In this document: positions 24,001-34,281 of the stretch, one piece after another
Numbering within the stretch: the first letter of the stretch is position 1
Layout of the letters: every line of letters begins with the position of its first letter
DNA from: Phyllosticta citribraziliensis
Lineage: Eukaryota
Length of the DNA stretch: 64,000 nt
Direction: 5' to 3'
Assembly (NCBI RefSeq): GCF_038025025.1
Contig: NW_027117340.1
Span: 124,001-188,000 of the forward strand
Translations under genes and position numbers: made by a program
Notes under the pieces: generated by a model
What the model saw: only the letters and a program-made list of their open reading frames with translations
What the model was told of the DNA's origin: nothing
Databases searched by the model: none

Positions 24001-26885
24001 GCCACCTCGGCCGTCTCGGTGACAGGAGTCTTGGGACGAAAGTCGGGTACGCGGTCCGTCGAATCCAAGCTGGCAAAGAAGCTGCGGTACTTTTCGCGAA
24101 TGGGACCCAGCGAGGCTGGCCGCTCTCGCAGCAACTCAATCTCGACGTCAAAATCGGGTGGAACACCGTCCAGCGACAACCTACCGCCGTCTCCAAACGC
24201 TTCGCTCAACTTCTCCAAAAGGTCAATCTGGCTAAAGTGCATGGACGGAATCAGTCTCGACTCGACAAGCGCAGTCTTGGGTCGCTTGGGTGATTTGAAG
24301 ACTGGCGCAGACGCTCGAACTGATGGCGTGCGAGACACGAACAGCTCCTCGATCGAGGTTCGGCGCGCGGAGCTCCGTCCAGGCAGAGGAAATTTGAAGC
24401 TCATGGAGGTGCGCCGGCCCAGATCAACCGAGCTTCCAACGTCTGTAGCAGTAGCGGAGCCGCGAGAGTATGGAAACTTGAAGTTTTGAGACGCTCGAGT
24501 CGATGCTCGTTTGCTGAGGTCCGAAAAGCTCTCCTCGCACGATTCCTCCTTGACGTCCGACAGCTGGCTTGGGTAGCGCGGAGGGTTCGACAGGCGAAGA
24601 TCTTTGGCAATCGAGATGGTCTCGTTCATCAGTGAGCCGCGCGACGGGTACTCCTCATCGGCTTGGAAAGCCGTGTTGTTGACCGTCTGTCGCCTCAGAG
24701 GCCAAACCAAGTGCGTCGTCGTGTTGCTCTCACGGGAGCTGAAAGATTTGGCCGGAATGGACGCCGGGCTGCTCGACTGCTGGGTGGCGCTCACTGGCGT
24801 ACCCTCATCGCTGTACATGACCGGACTGGGATCTGGAGTGTCATACTGAATGTCAGGCTGTGGCGTGAGAGCCTTCGCAGGCTGAGCTGGAAGGTCAACC
24901 ACAACGGGCGGAGAGATCTCTACATGGATCCTGCATTCTGGTGCTTGGTCCTCGACCTGGCCAGAACCGAGCGTGGGCGCAGAAAATCTAGCCTCGACGT
25001 CGACTTTTGGACTCTTGGGAACTGACAAAGACTTGGCCCGTCCAAAAAGTGAACGTCCAGTAGACTCCTCCGTAACAACCACGTCTTCATCAGGACTGAC
25101 ATTTTCAGGGGTAATGTCCAACTTGACCTGAGGCTCCGAGTCGTCGACGCTGAAGCTCTCAGTCGAGTCGATCGACCCCTGCGTGACTGGGACAGAGTAT
25201 CTGACGTGAAAATCGACAGCCGAAGCACGATTGTCGTCCTGCGGTCCAGACGAACGAGTCTCGGTGCTGTGACGCAATGGGGCATCGTCGCCATCCGACG
25301 AGGCAACACCGGGGCCGACTTCTGGCTGTTCCTGTGCCGTTGACATGGTGCCATCAGATGACACGCTGGGTGCGGGACTGGACGGAATTCGGATAGGTTC
25401 CACCTTGGCTTCCACGGTAATTGTCGTTTCGTTACCGTTCGTGGTTGACGACGGTTCGATGACAGACAAAATCATCTCTCTGGTAATTCTCTTGGGAACC
25501 GGCTCGGCAGGCAACTCGACCGCCTCGCGCGGAGGTGTGGGCACGGGTGAGCCAGGCAGCTCGAATATTTCAGGTCCGAGTTCCTCGATGGGAGTCACTG
25601 GATTTGCAGGAGTCGAACTTGAGGACGATCCGCCACGGCCTTCAAGAATGTTCTTGACATGGTTGACGAAGCCGCCAGGTATCACGCTCGCCGCCTCTGC
25701 GGGGGCCTGACTGGGACTCTTTGGTTCTTCAACGGCGAAATGCTCACTGTAGTCGTAGTAGATGAGCTCCTCGCTATCCGCGTGCTCATCGACTGGCGAA
25801 TTGGGGGTGTTGACCGTGTGCGGGCTGTTTGGTTGGATCGTAACTTGGGCCTCATGTTGAAGCTTGGGAGTCTGAGGCGCCAGTGAAGCTCCCGAAGACG
25901 GAATATCAGACTCTGTGCTCTGACTGAGCGAGGTGCCTGGTCGTATGGCCATCGGCTTCAGCAGCATAGGGTGCGATCCGCCCGGAACAGGACGACGGCG
26001 GGGCACAGCATCATTGATGGGTGAAACACCCATAATGGTTGGAGTCGATCGGTTGAAGTGAGCATGCTGATATGGCATGTGGGCCAATTCGTGCGGCAAA
26101 GGCGAGAGTTGGATTGCGCCCTGGAACGCTGCAGGCAAAGGCTGCATTTGGCCCATCTCGAGTGGCATCATGGGCGACACCGGAGAGTTTCTGGGTCTAG
26201 GAATCGACGAATGGTGGCGAGGCCTTCTGGACTGAAGACCGGTGACGTCGCTCATTGCAGGTGACGGAGAGCGATATCCCGGACGCTTCAAGCGAGTAGG
26301 GTAGCGGTAGGGAGAGCGAGGCCGCTGACCAAGTTCAGGGTGCCTGAGAGAGGCAAAAGAGCGAGGCTTGGACAGCTTGTGGGCCGGTGCGTAGTTTGAA
26401 GTCAGGGAGAACGAGCGGCCATCTTTGGAAAGACGAGCAGGAGGAACGAGTGGCGAAGCTCCCGGAATGTTCATCTGCGTGGGAGACAATGTATCTGGAA
26501 GGAAAACGGGGGCATTGAGACTGTTCGTCATGGAACGTCTGGGAGCCGAGGAGGATGAGGGACGCGGGTGATGACTCGACATGCCATTCGTAGTTTGCGT
26601 ATGAGAAGAGCTGACAGATAGACGCGAAGAGGCATTGTTGCTGCGTCGACGATGGGCTGGACGCATGTGCGAGGTCCTGGACCCCTTTCCAAACGTCATG
26701 CCAGCAATGTCCCCGAGCTCGGTTGAGGTACGAAGCATGCTCATGACGCCAGTCGATGAAAGCAGGTCTGATTGTGCCGAATGTGCGGCCTGCTGTCTGC
26801 TGCGTTTGTCTCTAGAGCTGACCGAGGCGTTGGAGGCCCGGCTCGCGCGTCCGGAGACGTTGGGGTCGAGTTCGGTGAGAGGCAT
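21078..26885 (-). CDS. Large Ser/Pro/Arg-rich, largely disordered protein of unknown function, 1935 aa, single ORF
   Basis: 5.8-kb uninterrupted ORF with coding-like codon bias. Short motif islands (RPRSPYRYPTRLKRPGYR, YYDYSEHF, DPGDRYPTTGL, DVRSFFSDDSS, GMSRVEFR..RMLEKLKSFWF) lie between low-complexity tracts. Confidence 0.85.
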   Translation of the reverse strand: MPLTELDPNVSGRASRASNASVSSRDKRSRQQAAHSAQSDLLSSTGVMSMLRTSTELGDIAGMTFGKGSRTSHMRPAHRRRSNNASSRLSVSSSHTQTTNGMSSHHPRPSSSSAPRRSMTNSLNAPVFLPDTLSPTQMNIPGASPLVPPARLSKDGRSFSLTSNYAPAHKLSKPRSFASLRHPELGQRPRSPYRYPTRLKRPGYRSPSPAMSDVTGLQSRRPRHHSSIPRPRNSPVSPMMPLEMGQMQPLPAAFQGAIQLSPLPHELAHMPYQHAHFNRSTPTIMGVSPINDAVPRRRPVPGGSHPMLLKPMAIRPGTSLSQSTESDIPSSGASLAPQTPKLQHEAQVTIQPNSPHTVNTPNSPVDEHADSEELIYYDYSEHFAVEEPKSPSQAPAEAASVIPGGFVNHVKNILEGRGGSSSSSTPANPVTPIEELGPEIFELPGSPVPTPPREAVELPAEPVPKRITREMILSVIEPSSTTNGNETTITVEAKVEPIRIPSSPAPSVSSDGTMSTAQEQPEVGPGVASSDGDDAPLRHSTETRSSGPQDDNRASAVDFHVRYSVPVTQGSIDSTESFSVDDSEPQVKLDITPENVSPDEDVVVTEESTGRSLFGRAKSLSVPKSPKVDVEARFSAPTLGSGQVEDQAPECRIHVEISPPVVVDLPAQPAKALTPQPDIQYDTPDPSPVMYSDEGTPVSATQQSSSPASIPAKSFSSRESNTTTHLVWPLRRQTVNNTAFQADEEYPSRGSLMNETISIAKDLRLSNPPRYPSQLSDVKEESCEESFSDLSKRASTRASQNFKFPYSRGSATATDVGSSVDLGRRTSMSFKFPLPGRSSARRTSIEELFVSRTPSVRASAPVFKSPKRPKTALVESRLIPSMHFSQIDLLEKLSEAFGDGGRLSLDGVPPDFDVEIELLRERPASLGPIREKYRSFFASLDSTDRVPDFRPKTPVTETAEVAKPEPDVEVEKEPEPEPEPEPEQQTEAEVLSMRSETAMSARDISRPYSPEEVLEEVERLSVPSLAGLTARLSELIPSLKKYRSSENVDEDVEDMIEDDELKADVEDVRHVGERPGLLNNMKSSRRLRPLPGKTSLVLVDDDIYEELTMREKEKREKGDGHVLRCHRVEEMSSSSASYKSAQEERKISMADDDDKKARRKTPMAELEAPLPVHLRRSNEIDTAKKSDDGSAWDLANVKFPSGIDIDISFPIKAHVRDGDRSTLASSSASEYSLTNATIKNAADAIGVHGDVNPTTTVTAQSHSTLADSTSTHDTFKNTHSRQNSRRQSAAGPSKPCTSVLGTLTRKMGMGIKSSHRHHSHHSHSHNVCNPSDPNHSHSHVYLARRTLSPNPTLTHPSISLEDTRPVDPGDRYPTTGLTPPQGRFNINIDDVRSFFSDDSSQTKGAGGLRKRLTGLRLRLAGAGPSIAATSAKNGNNANSKNPTPVTDTASSLIPLGGGSSAGGAGASTSYLTPLSPLPTLSPSTRRDSPSAVTTEEPSTRSGRTLSLLPIPISLPLPLRGGGKTGDSSSISGAGDAGVVMSRPRFGTTSAVQPAVAAAAGQSANRGVDGPGGPGGLGMSRVEFRTKRMLEKLKSFWFSLGRSLLMAAAAEKEREKRRGSNGRDSVLVVREREREELVFRDGNHVQRQVELERVREVDVDIHMDERDKSASPAKLHHLTPTKVPVTVIVPTMTSSTTEPSNLVHAPPHTAPSAASARGRPSTTASRNAAARSSRRSSTYTTSASANSTTRLVPLSTANASAAGSRRSVRPRASSCPGSRPPSRRGRAADGDAAAADATPSGTVTVSTTQTATVAQSASGSASGSVSAKEKEKEKEASSSGGGAAAAAADGLTRSTQSTLSTPHHETQAEASCAPGQQESKRLGQPNTDSSVASLDPAHLAALKFVGAVDVDGDGDEEEGGVGVGEKVEKKEKEMVG

Positions 26886-27415
26886 GGTGCCTTGCCAACT
26901 GCGCGGGTATCCAATTCAAAATCAAAACGCCGCAACGAGGTGACTGGAACGAGCGACGAAAGGTAACGAGTGAGAGTGGATGGTGTTGTGTCGAATGCCA
27001 GGGCGAGAACACGAGGAGGTCGTAGCATCCCAATGAAGAAGGCGTGATCTCAAACTAACGCAAGTCAGCTGCGGCCTCACTCGTGTCATCTGGAGCAGTC
27101 GCAAAGCGAGGCGGCTGAGATCGGGAAGGACTCCACGGTGTTGCGAGATGGAGGAAGGGTCTACCGTCACTCAAAGTCATCTACAAACAAACCGTCTACA
27201 TTTCCGCGCAAGGATGCTACAAGAACCGAACCAGCTTTTGTTCCTTTGCTCGGGCCCTCAAGAATGTTCAGACGCCGTCTAACCCCGGGATGTGAAGTTT
27301 GGATTACAGAAAAACTCGTCGATTCATAGACACGAGAAATGAGACGCCGCTACCAGTAGGAAGGGGTATCCAAAAGATGTCGACATGTAAATAAACGCCG
27401 GATACTACTCGTTGA

Positions 27416-29382
27416 TCATTCAGCTTCCTCCAGCGTGGGTCCAAGCCTATTTCCACCGTGCCTAGATCTGCGGAAAATGTTGCGAATGGATTTCAAACTG
27501 CCTCTCTTTTGTTTGGCAGGGGAATTGGACCCAGATGTGGTTGGACGCGTCATTTCACTCAGAGTCGAATTGGTGGCGTTTGTGTTTGTCGTCGTTCTCG
27601 AGACAGTCGCACTGATTCCTGATCGTATCGAGAGCGCCGGCGGCGTGCTCCGCGGCGAGCTGGACGGGAAGAGGGCGAACCTGGGCGTGTTCGAGCCGCT
27701 ATTTTGATACCCTGTGCCAGGCCTCGATGATATGCTGGCAGGGGCAGTGAGCAACTCGGGCTTGCGCTCATCTGAAGATCTTGAAGATCCCGACGATCCT
27801 GACGAGTAGGCCGAGTCGACCTTTGGTGAGCTGGGCTTCTCACGTGAGAAGCGCTTTCGGAATGGATTGCTTGATCTGTTGGAGGTGGGTCGTTGCGGCG
27901 GCGGCTGTGCTTGCGTGGATTTGGGGCGCAAAGACGAAGGTTGCTTTTGCGAGCGGGCTTGCAATGACGGAGATGGCGAAGACGAGAGCTGCGAACGAGG
28001 CATGGGCGCAGGTGATCGAGCTGGCGAGCGCGATCTCGGCGTAGTCGCTCGCGAGCTTCCGGCCGAAGAGTTGATGGCATAAGGCGGAGGGATGGGCGTT
28101 TCTAGCCGCGGCTCCGGCAGCTTCTGGCGCCTCTTGTCTCGATGGGGCACCGACGGGACATTTTCAGAAGACGCCACGCTGTGCATGCTGCGCGCCGGAC
28201 TCCTTGGTGGTAGGCGAGGATTTTCGAATCGCTGTTCAATCGGGACCATATGAGCCTTTTGCGGTGGCCTCGATTGCGACCTGCGAAGCGTGGCTTGGAC
28301 GGCGGGACCTGGGCTGACGGAATCTGGAGCACGAGGCAGAGGCTTGTCTCCGGGAATCGGGGTCGTCCGTGGAGTAGCCCAAGCAGAAGACGGGGGACTG
28401 GCGAGCCGCGGTCTCGAGTCGTTTGACCGCGAGCTGGTCGTCGACCTCGAACCCGGTCTTGCATCCGGATCATGTGACCGGGCCGCGAGCTGGGGTGTTT
28501 GGTTAGCTAGTGTTGAAACATGCGGGTAAACAAACGTACCACGCTTCTCCTGCTCGCGACGCCTGCTCTCTTGGATATCTCGTTGAGAATGCTGCCCAGC
28601 TGGACCAATGCGACGCCCAGATCGTTGCCCTTTTGCTGCAGGGTCCCCAAGCATTCCAGCCAACCCTCGGAATTCTGGCACATGGCCATATAAATGCCCA
28701 TGATTTCCTCGTCGCCGTCTGCCCACCCACATCCGATGGTCGCGAGGTATTTGGACAATTCTCGAATCGCCTCGATGCCCTTTTCGACGTCCATCAACGA
28801 ATCGTTCATGGCCCTGGCGGTCCGTTCGACAATCTTCTCAATCTTTTCGTTGCCATCGACGATGCTCGTGCGGAACTGGAGGTCGTCGAGCATGATGTCG
28901 AAGATGTTGACGTGCTCCAGCGGCAGCTTGAGGTGACTGATGCGCTCCTTGATGTCGACCAGGGCCAGGTCAAAGTCTTCGGTGGTGCGCTCCAAGAACA
29001 TGTCGAGCTCTTGCACGTGCCTCTTGAGGATGTTGCTGACCTCCTTGTCGCTCTTTGCCAGTTGCTGGTTGAGCAGGTGGACGCCGAAGCTGATTTGCGC
29101 GACCAGCTTCCACAGCGGGTGCCACTTGGCGGTGGGGTTCTTCTTGCGCCATCGGGCGGTATACGAGTCGCTGTAGTCGTCGTCCTCAATCAGGCGTTGC
29201 CTCCTCGCCTTTGCGTCATCGAGCGTGTCTTGGTCGTCGCACTCGACTGCACGATGGGCCTCGACGATGGACTCGTCAAAGGCGCCCTGCATGCACGCGA
29301 TGGGGTGGCTGGGGGCGCGGTCGAGCATGGACGAGTCGTCGCAGTCGTCGTCAGGGTCCTGGGAGCCATGGTTGTAGACCAT
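27416..29382 (-). CDS. Hypothetical protein, 638 aa: N-terminal helical/coiled-coil domain plus Ser/Pro/Arg-rich tail; exons 29382-28540, 28489-27416
   Basis: KWHPLWKLVAQISFGVHLL followed by heptad-like helices. A GTACGT...CTAAC...CAG intron (28539-28490) joins two ORF-track frames. Strong GC3 bias. Confidence 0.85.
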
Positions 29383-30347
29383 GGTCGACGAGAGGGGCGG
29401 GTTGAGGGTGGCAGCTCAATGGCAGTCACAGAACATGAATCATGTCACAGAGGAGGGAGGAGGGAGGAGGGAGGGGGAGAAGCGAGAGTGGAGAGCCACG
29501 ACGACAGGACAGGCGGAGATTAGGAACACAGGATGGAAAACATGTCGCGGGCGGGGGGAGAAGATGAAGGGAGGTTATCGTGAGGTTGGTGTCTGTCTGC
29601 ACCCGAGTGAAGGAGCGGAAGATGATGGGTGGATGGGGATGGGCGTAGCCAGGCGTGGGCTGGTGTGGCCCTGGCGGGATGGGATGGACAGGGCAGCGTC
29701 CGTGAGAGGGCTGGGTCTATTCGTGGAAGGACCCCCGCCGGGCCCCAGGGCGCCTCCAGCTCGTCTCTCGGCTCGCCTCGCGCTTAAGAATCGTCTTCTG
29801 TCGCCCGTCAAACTAACACGGCCAAAAGCCCTTCCGCTGACGTCCGAATCTTAATTCCCACCGGCACCGTTTCACTGCGCCCTCGAAACGCTCCTCCAGC
29901 TCCTCGTCCATCTCCCTGTCCATCTCCCACCCTCACTCGCGTCTGTCTGTCCGTGCACGTCAAAACATGGTCGAACCAATGCGCAATGACAATGTTCCCG
30001 CCAAACACCAAGCCATGTATATATATCGAGGGCCTTCCCTTGTCCATACAATCATTGTGTAAATAAAGAAACAGGAAAGAAGGAAAAAAGAAGAGAGCGG
30101 CGCCCACACATGTCCGCGCTTGCCAGCATTTTCCCGGCCCAATCAACAAAAAAGACTGCCAAAAGAATAGACTGACTCTGCTCCACCCCCTGCCAGCTCA
30201 AACCCGCCCGTAACACAAACCTTGCTGCTGCCCGTCCCGCCCTCCGGAACCCCGGCCCGCCTTGCGCTCCCAACCCTGCTCAACGCCTCGCCAAATCACA
30301 AAGCAGCCCTCCAGAAGAATGAAAACTATGTGTGAGGTACATAGATC

Positions 30348-30372
30348 AAAAAAAAAAAAAAAAAAAAAAAAA
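30348..30372. repeat. Poly(A)25 mononucleotide tract
   Basis: 25 consecutive A, read directly. Confidence 0.95.
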
Positions 30373-30647
30373 CACGTGTCTCGGCTAGACCTTCTAGTAG
30401 TAGTCGAAAATGGGTATCGAGGGAAGCCACGTCGGCTTCATGAACCACGCAACAGTACAATCCACATGACTGGTCGTAAAAGAGAGATGGAGACGAAGAG
30501 ATGGCCGTCGTGTGTCGTGGTAAAGGGAAAAAAGAAAAAGAAAAAAAAAAAAGGGACAGACGATGGGAAATAAATCATTCCTCTTGGAAGCTTCGACTTC
30601 CCGCCAAATGTCGTCGAAATGGTCGTCTCAATGTGATTCGGTCGTCA

Positions 30648-33600
30648 TTACTCCGTGCCTTCCTTCTCCTCGTCGATCTTGGCTGGACGGCCAGACGTCC
30701 CGGCACTCAGAGGTCCGAGGCCTTGCGATGCTGCCGCCTCCGTCTTCGCAACCTTTGCCGGTTGAGTGGGACGGGGCTTGTCGAGCGCCGATGTATGATT
30801 TGACTCGTTTTGCGCCAGGTGCGACTGAGCAAGAGGCGACGCACTGGCCTTGCTGGCCTTGTCGCTGCCAGCCGACTGGACAGAATGTTGAGAAGTTGTT
30901 CGAGGCGATACACGCCCGTTCTGCCTTTTGTCAGACATTGTGACTCTGTAAAGACGTCGATCACTTTACCTGCTTGGCCCAGCGGAGCCCACAGCTATTG
31001 CAAAGATCTCTGTTGCCACTGGGTCCTCTCCGCCACTCGGGCGTCACCATGGTGTGGCAATTGGCACAGTCTTTTTGGAGCTGGCCGGCTCCCTTTCTCC
31101 GCTTGCGTTTCTTCTTGGCCGCCAGTAGGCTCTGCACTTCTTCGGCGAGCAGTCGGTTGCGCTTCTCCATTTGCCGGAGCTCATATTGCCAGCTCGTGCT
31201 CCTCGTCGTTCGGAGTTCGTCGAACAAGTTTTCTTCTGCGGCCAGACTGGCGTCTTGGTGGCCCAGTTTGAGCCCGTTTTGCCCGGCATATGTCATGGCA
31301 AATCCATCCGTCGTCTGGTATTTGCTGAGGGTGGTCATGTGCGAGCTGACAGTCTGACCAGACGCCGTGCCGGGAGTGCTTCCTGCACCACCGACCGAAT
31401 TCGTCGTCGCTACTGAGCTGCCAGAGTCGCGCTCGTGTTTGGGGTAAATGCTCGGTCGGTTGTTGTTGGTGGAGCCACCGCGCGTAAACTTGAGAAGCCT
31501 GGTCTGCGCAACGAGGAACGTAGGCTTCTGTCCCTCTTGGGCATCTCCTGGATACAATGTCGTGAACGCTTGAAGAACCTGGCCTCTCCGGTTGATCATT
31601 TCGTGCTTGACCGAAGCCTTTTTGCCGGTTCGTGCAATCTCGAGGATTCGGTAAAATTCTTGCTTGGACTCTTGCCGCATGAACGATTGAATGCTCGTTC
31701 CGATGAGATCCTCGGGTTGTCGGTCGAGGAGGGATCTCACGTTGGAGGCAACGAACAAGAACATGCCAGACGTGGACATTTTCGTCCACAATTCATTGTC
31801 TCCAATGCCCCCGGCCGCTTCAATGTCGCGCCTGCTCAAGGCGTAGACGGGCCTTTCTCGTCCAACAAGGATGATGCACTTGCGCCCTTTTCCTTGTTCC
31901 GTGTGCAGGGATCCATGTCCTTCGAACCACATGTAGCCGCTAAGCTTTCGCCTGATGCGAAACACGACGTTGACCGACGAGCCAGTGGAGGTGTCCTTGA
32001 GCTCGCGAGTGACGGGGACGATGTCGGACGGGTGGCAGACGGACGAGAGAGCGGTGCCAACCAGTTCCGACGCTTCGTACTCCAAAACCTTTGCCGCAGA
32101 TGGCGACAGATAAAGGAACAGACCCTTGAGAGACAGCACATGGATGACGTCGTCGGTGTTTTCGAGTAATGCCTTATCCCACATGCGTTTAGAAGCGTCG
32201 CTTTCTCCATTCACCAACGTCTCCAGTAGCGCGGAAACGTCGTCGCGCGGAATAGTCTGGCCCAGATCCATGTTGTGACTTGTGTCAGGCTTATTGAAAA
32301 CATATCTTGGCAAGCCCATAGACCGCTGGTAGTTGATGTTGTACGAGCCATCTGCAACAGGGATTAGCAACCGTCCAAGGCGGGGCAGACTTAGCGCACA
32401 CACCGGGATTCTTGTTCGTCACCGAATTCGGCTGCTCGACCAGATCGACCTGGAAGCCCACAAAAAACTTGACGACCTCGCTGTCGTCCCAGGTGATGGG
32501 AATCATGGTTAGCAGATTCATGAATGGCTGGCCTCCTCTTCTATAGTTGATGAGGCTGACTTGTGCTTCTTTGCGGCCGTTGATCATGTTTTTGAGGTAG
32601 AGGACGGCGTCGTCCTCGGTGTATTTGCGCTTTATTCCAGCCTCGACCTTGCCGTCAGGCGACTGGAGAAATCGACAATTCCGTCCCAGAATCATGTGCC
32701 TCGAGTAGCCAGTCAGGCGCTCAAAATTTTCGGAGCAGTATACGATGGGAATGTCGTCCTTGTCCGCGTCGCACACGACGAACGCGCACGAAAGATCCAC
32801 GGAGCCAATGTTAATCTCAGGCTTTGGTCTCGTAGCCACTCTCATGAGAACTCCGAGCATGTCGAATCCTGTTGATGAATAGACATTTTTGAACTGTGTC
32901 TGCATGTGTGGCCGGTTGTGCATCGTTGACGGGAACCCGCCTGTTGTTGGAATCAGTCGTTGGTCGTTGTGCTGTTGTTGGTAGTCCGCCGTCATACCTG
33001 TTGAAGCCCAGGACATTTGCGTAGGAGGTTCTGGACCGAATGGAGCATTCGAGGTGGGGGCGTCTGGTAATGTCTGCGGCTGAGACGTTGCGGGTGGCGG
33101 CCTTGACGAATGTGCGCCCTTGGGGACGCTCTGTTCTCTCGAATCCCTTCTGGGCAAGTCTGGAGACATGCTGTTGTGTTCTGAGCCGACGTTAAGGTCC
33201 ATGCTTCCAGGTCCAGCGCTCCCCCCAGGGTCTTGCAAGGCTGCCTGCATCGAGTCGTTCATGTCCTGGCCAATGGGAGAGCCCATCATGGGCGACGCGA
33301 ATTGAGGACCTGAAAACATGTTCATCGGCGTACCGTCACCCGGCATCATGGAGTTGAGGGTCGGATCCGCCATGTCCATGGACATGGGCATTCCAGACTG
33401 GACGTATGGGCTGGTCATGTCCATGTCGAGTCCTGCGGGAGAGGCGTAGGAGCTCGGAGGGCCCATGGACGTGTAGGTTTGCTGTTGACTCTGATATCCC
33501 GTGTCGATGTTCAAGTGGCCTGCGGAGGGTCTGCGGCGCTGGAAAGGGGCGGTTCTTCGATAGGCGTCGCCGACGCTCTCCATTGACGGCGCCGTGGTCG

Positions 33601-33880
33601 CGGGGTCGAACTGGTACTGGTCCAACTGGCCCGAAGCTTGACCGCTGAATTCCATCATCGAGACCCTCCGCAGGTCGGCCTCTAGCTCGGATTGGCGGGT
33701 GTTGGAGCCATACTGGACGGGCACGCTCTGGCGGCGTGCCACCTTGGAGTTTTGGTTGACAATGTCGTCGAGAGATTGGCCGCCGACGATGCTGGGGCTG
33801 ATGCCGTCTTGGTTCATTGAGCTTCCGCCCATGATGGTGTCCCCGGTTCCGCCCTGATCGATCGGATAATAACCGTTCAT
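30648..33880 (-). CDS. wc-1: White collar-1 blue-light photoreceptor / GATA transcription factor, 1024 aa; exons 33880-32998, 32940-32404, 32351-30970, 30920-30648
   Basis: LOV domain with photoactive Cys ([10 protein letters not shown]), two further PAS domains ([33 protein letters not shown]), basic [15 protein letters not shown] finger [32 protein letters not shown]. Confidence 0.97.
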
Positions 33881-34281
33881 CGCTGCGCTGCGAGTGGGAG
33901 ATCGATAGAGCTGGGATGCGAACGACCGAGGATCGATGGAGATCACCCGCTGGTCCGCCGCATGAAGGATCGGAGCGGGCCGTACGGCCAGAGTGATCGC
34001 GTGCAGGAGGTTTTTGGGAGGAGTGGCCGGGGTACACGGGCGTGCGGGCGGTTGTGAGATCTCGAGGTTTTTGCGGGGCGTAGGAGGTTCTCAGAGTTAT
34101 CTTGTCGACCGTCTGGCGGAGGTTCGGCTTGCGCGTTGGGTAGGAGTGACCTAACGCCCAACACGGCTTAGCACTAGGGTTGCCGCGGCCTTTCCAACTT
34201 CTGCCGTGTGCCGTCCCGGCCTTGCCATGGCCAGCCCAGGGCAGACAGGCTTCAAGCTATCAATTCAACTCCACCGCCGCC

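Noticed and set aside
28510..29523. 337-aa plus-strand ORF
   Set aside because: Antisense shadow of the minus-strand coiled-coil gene.
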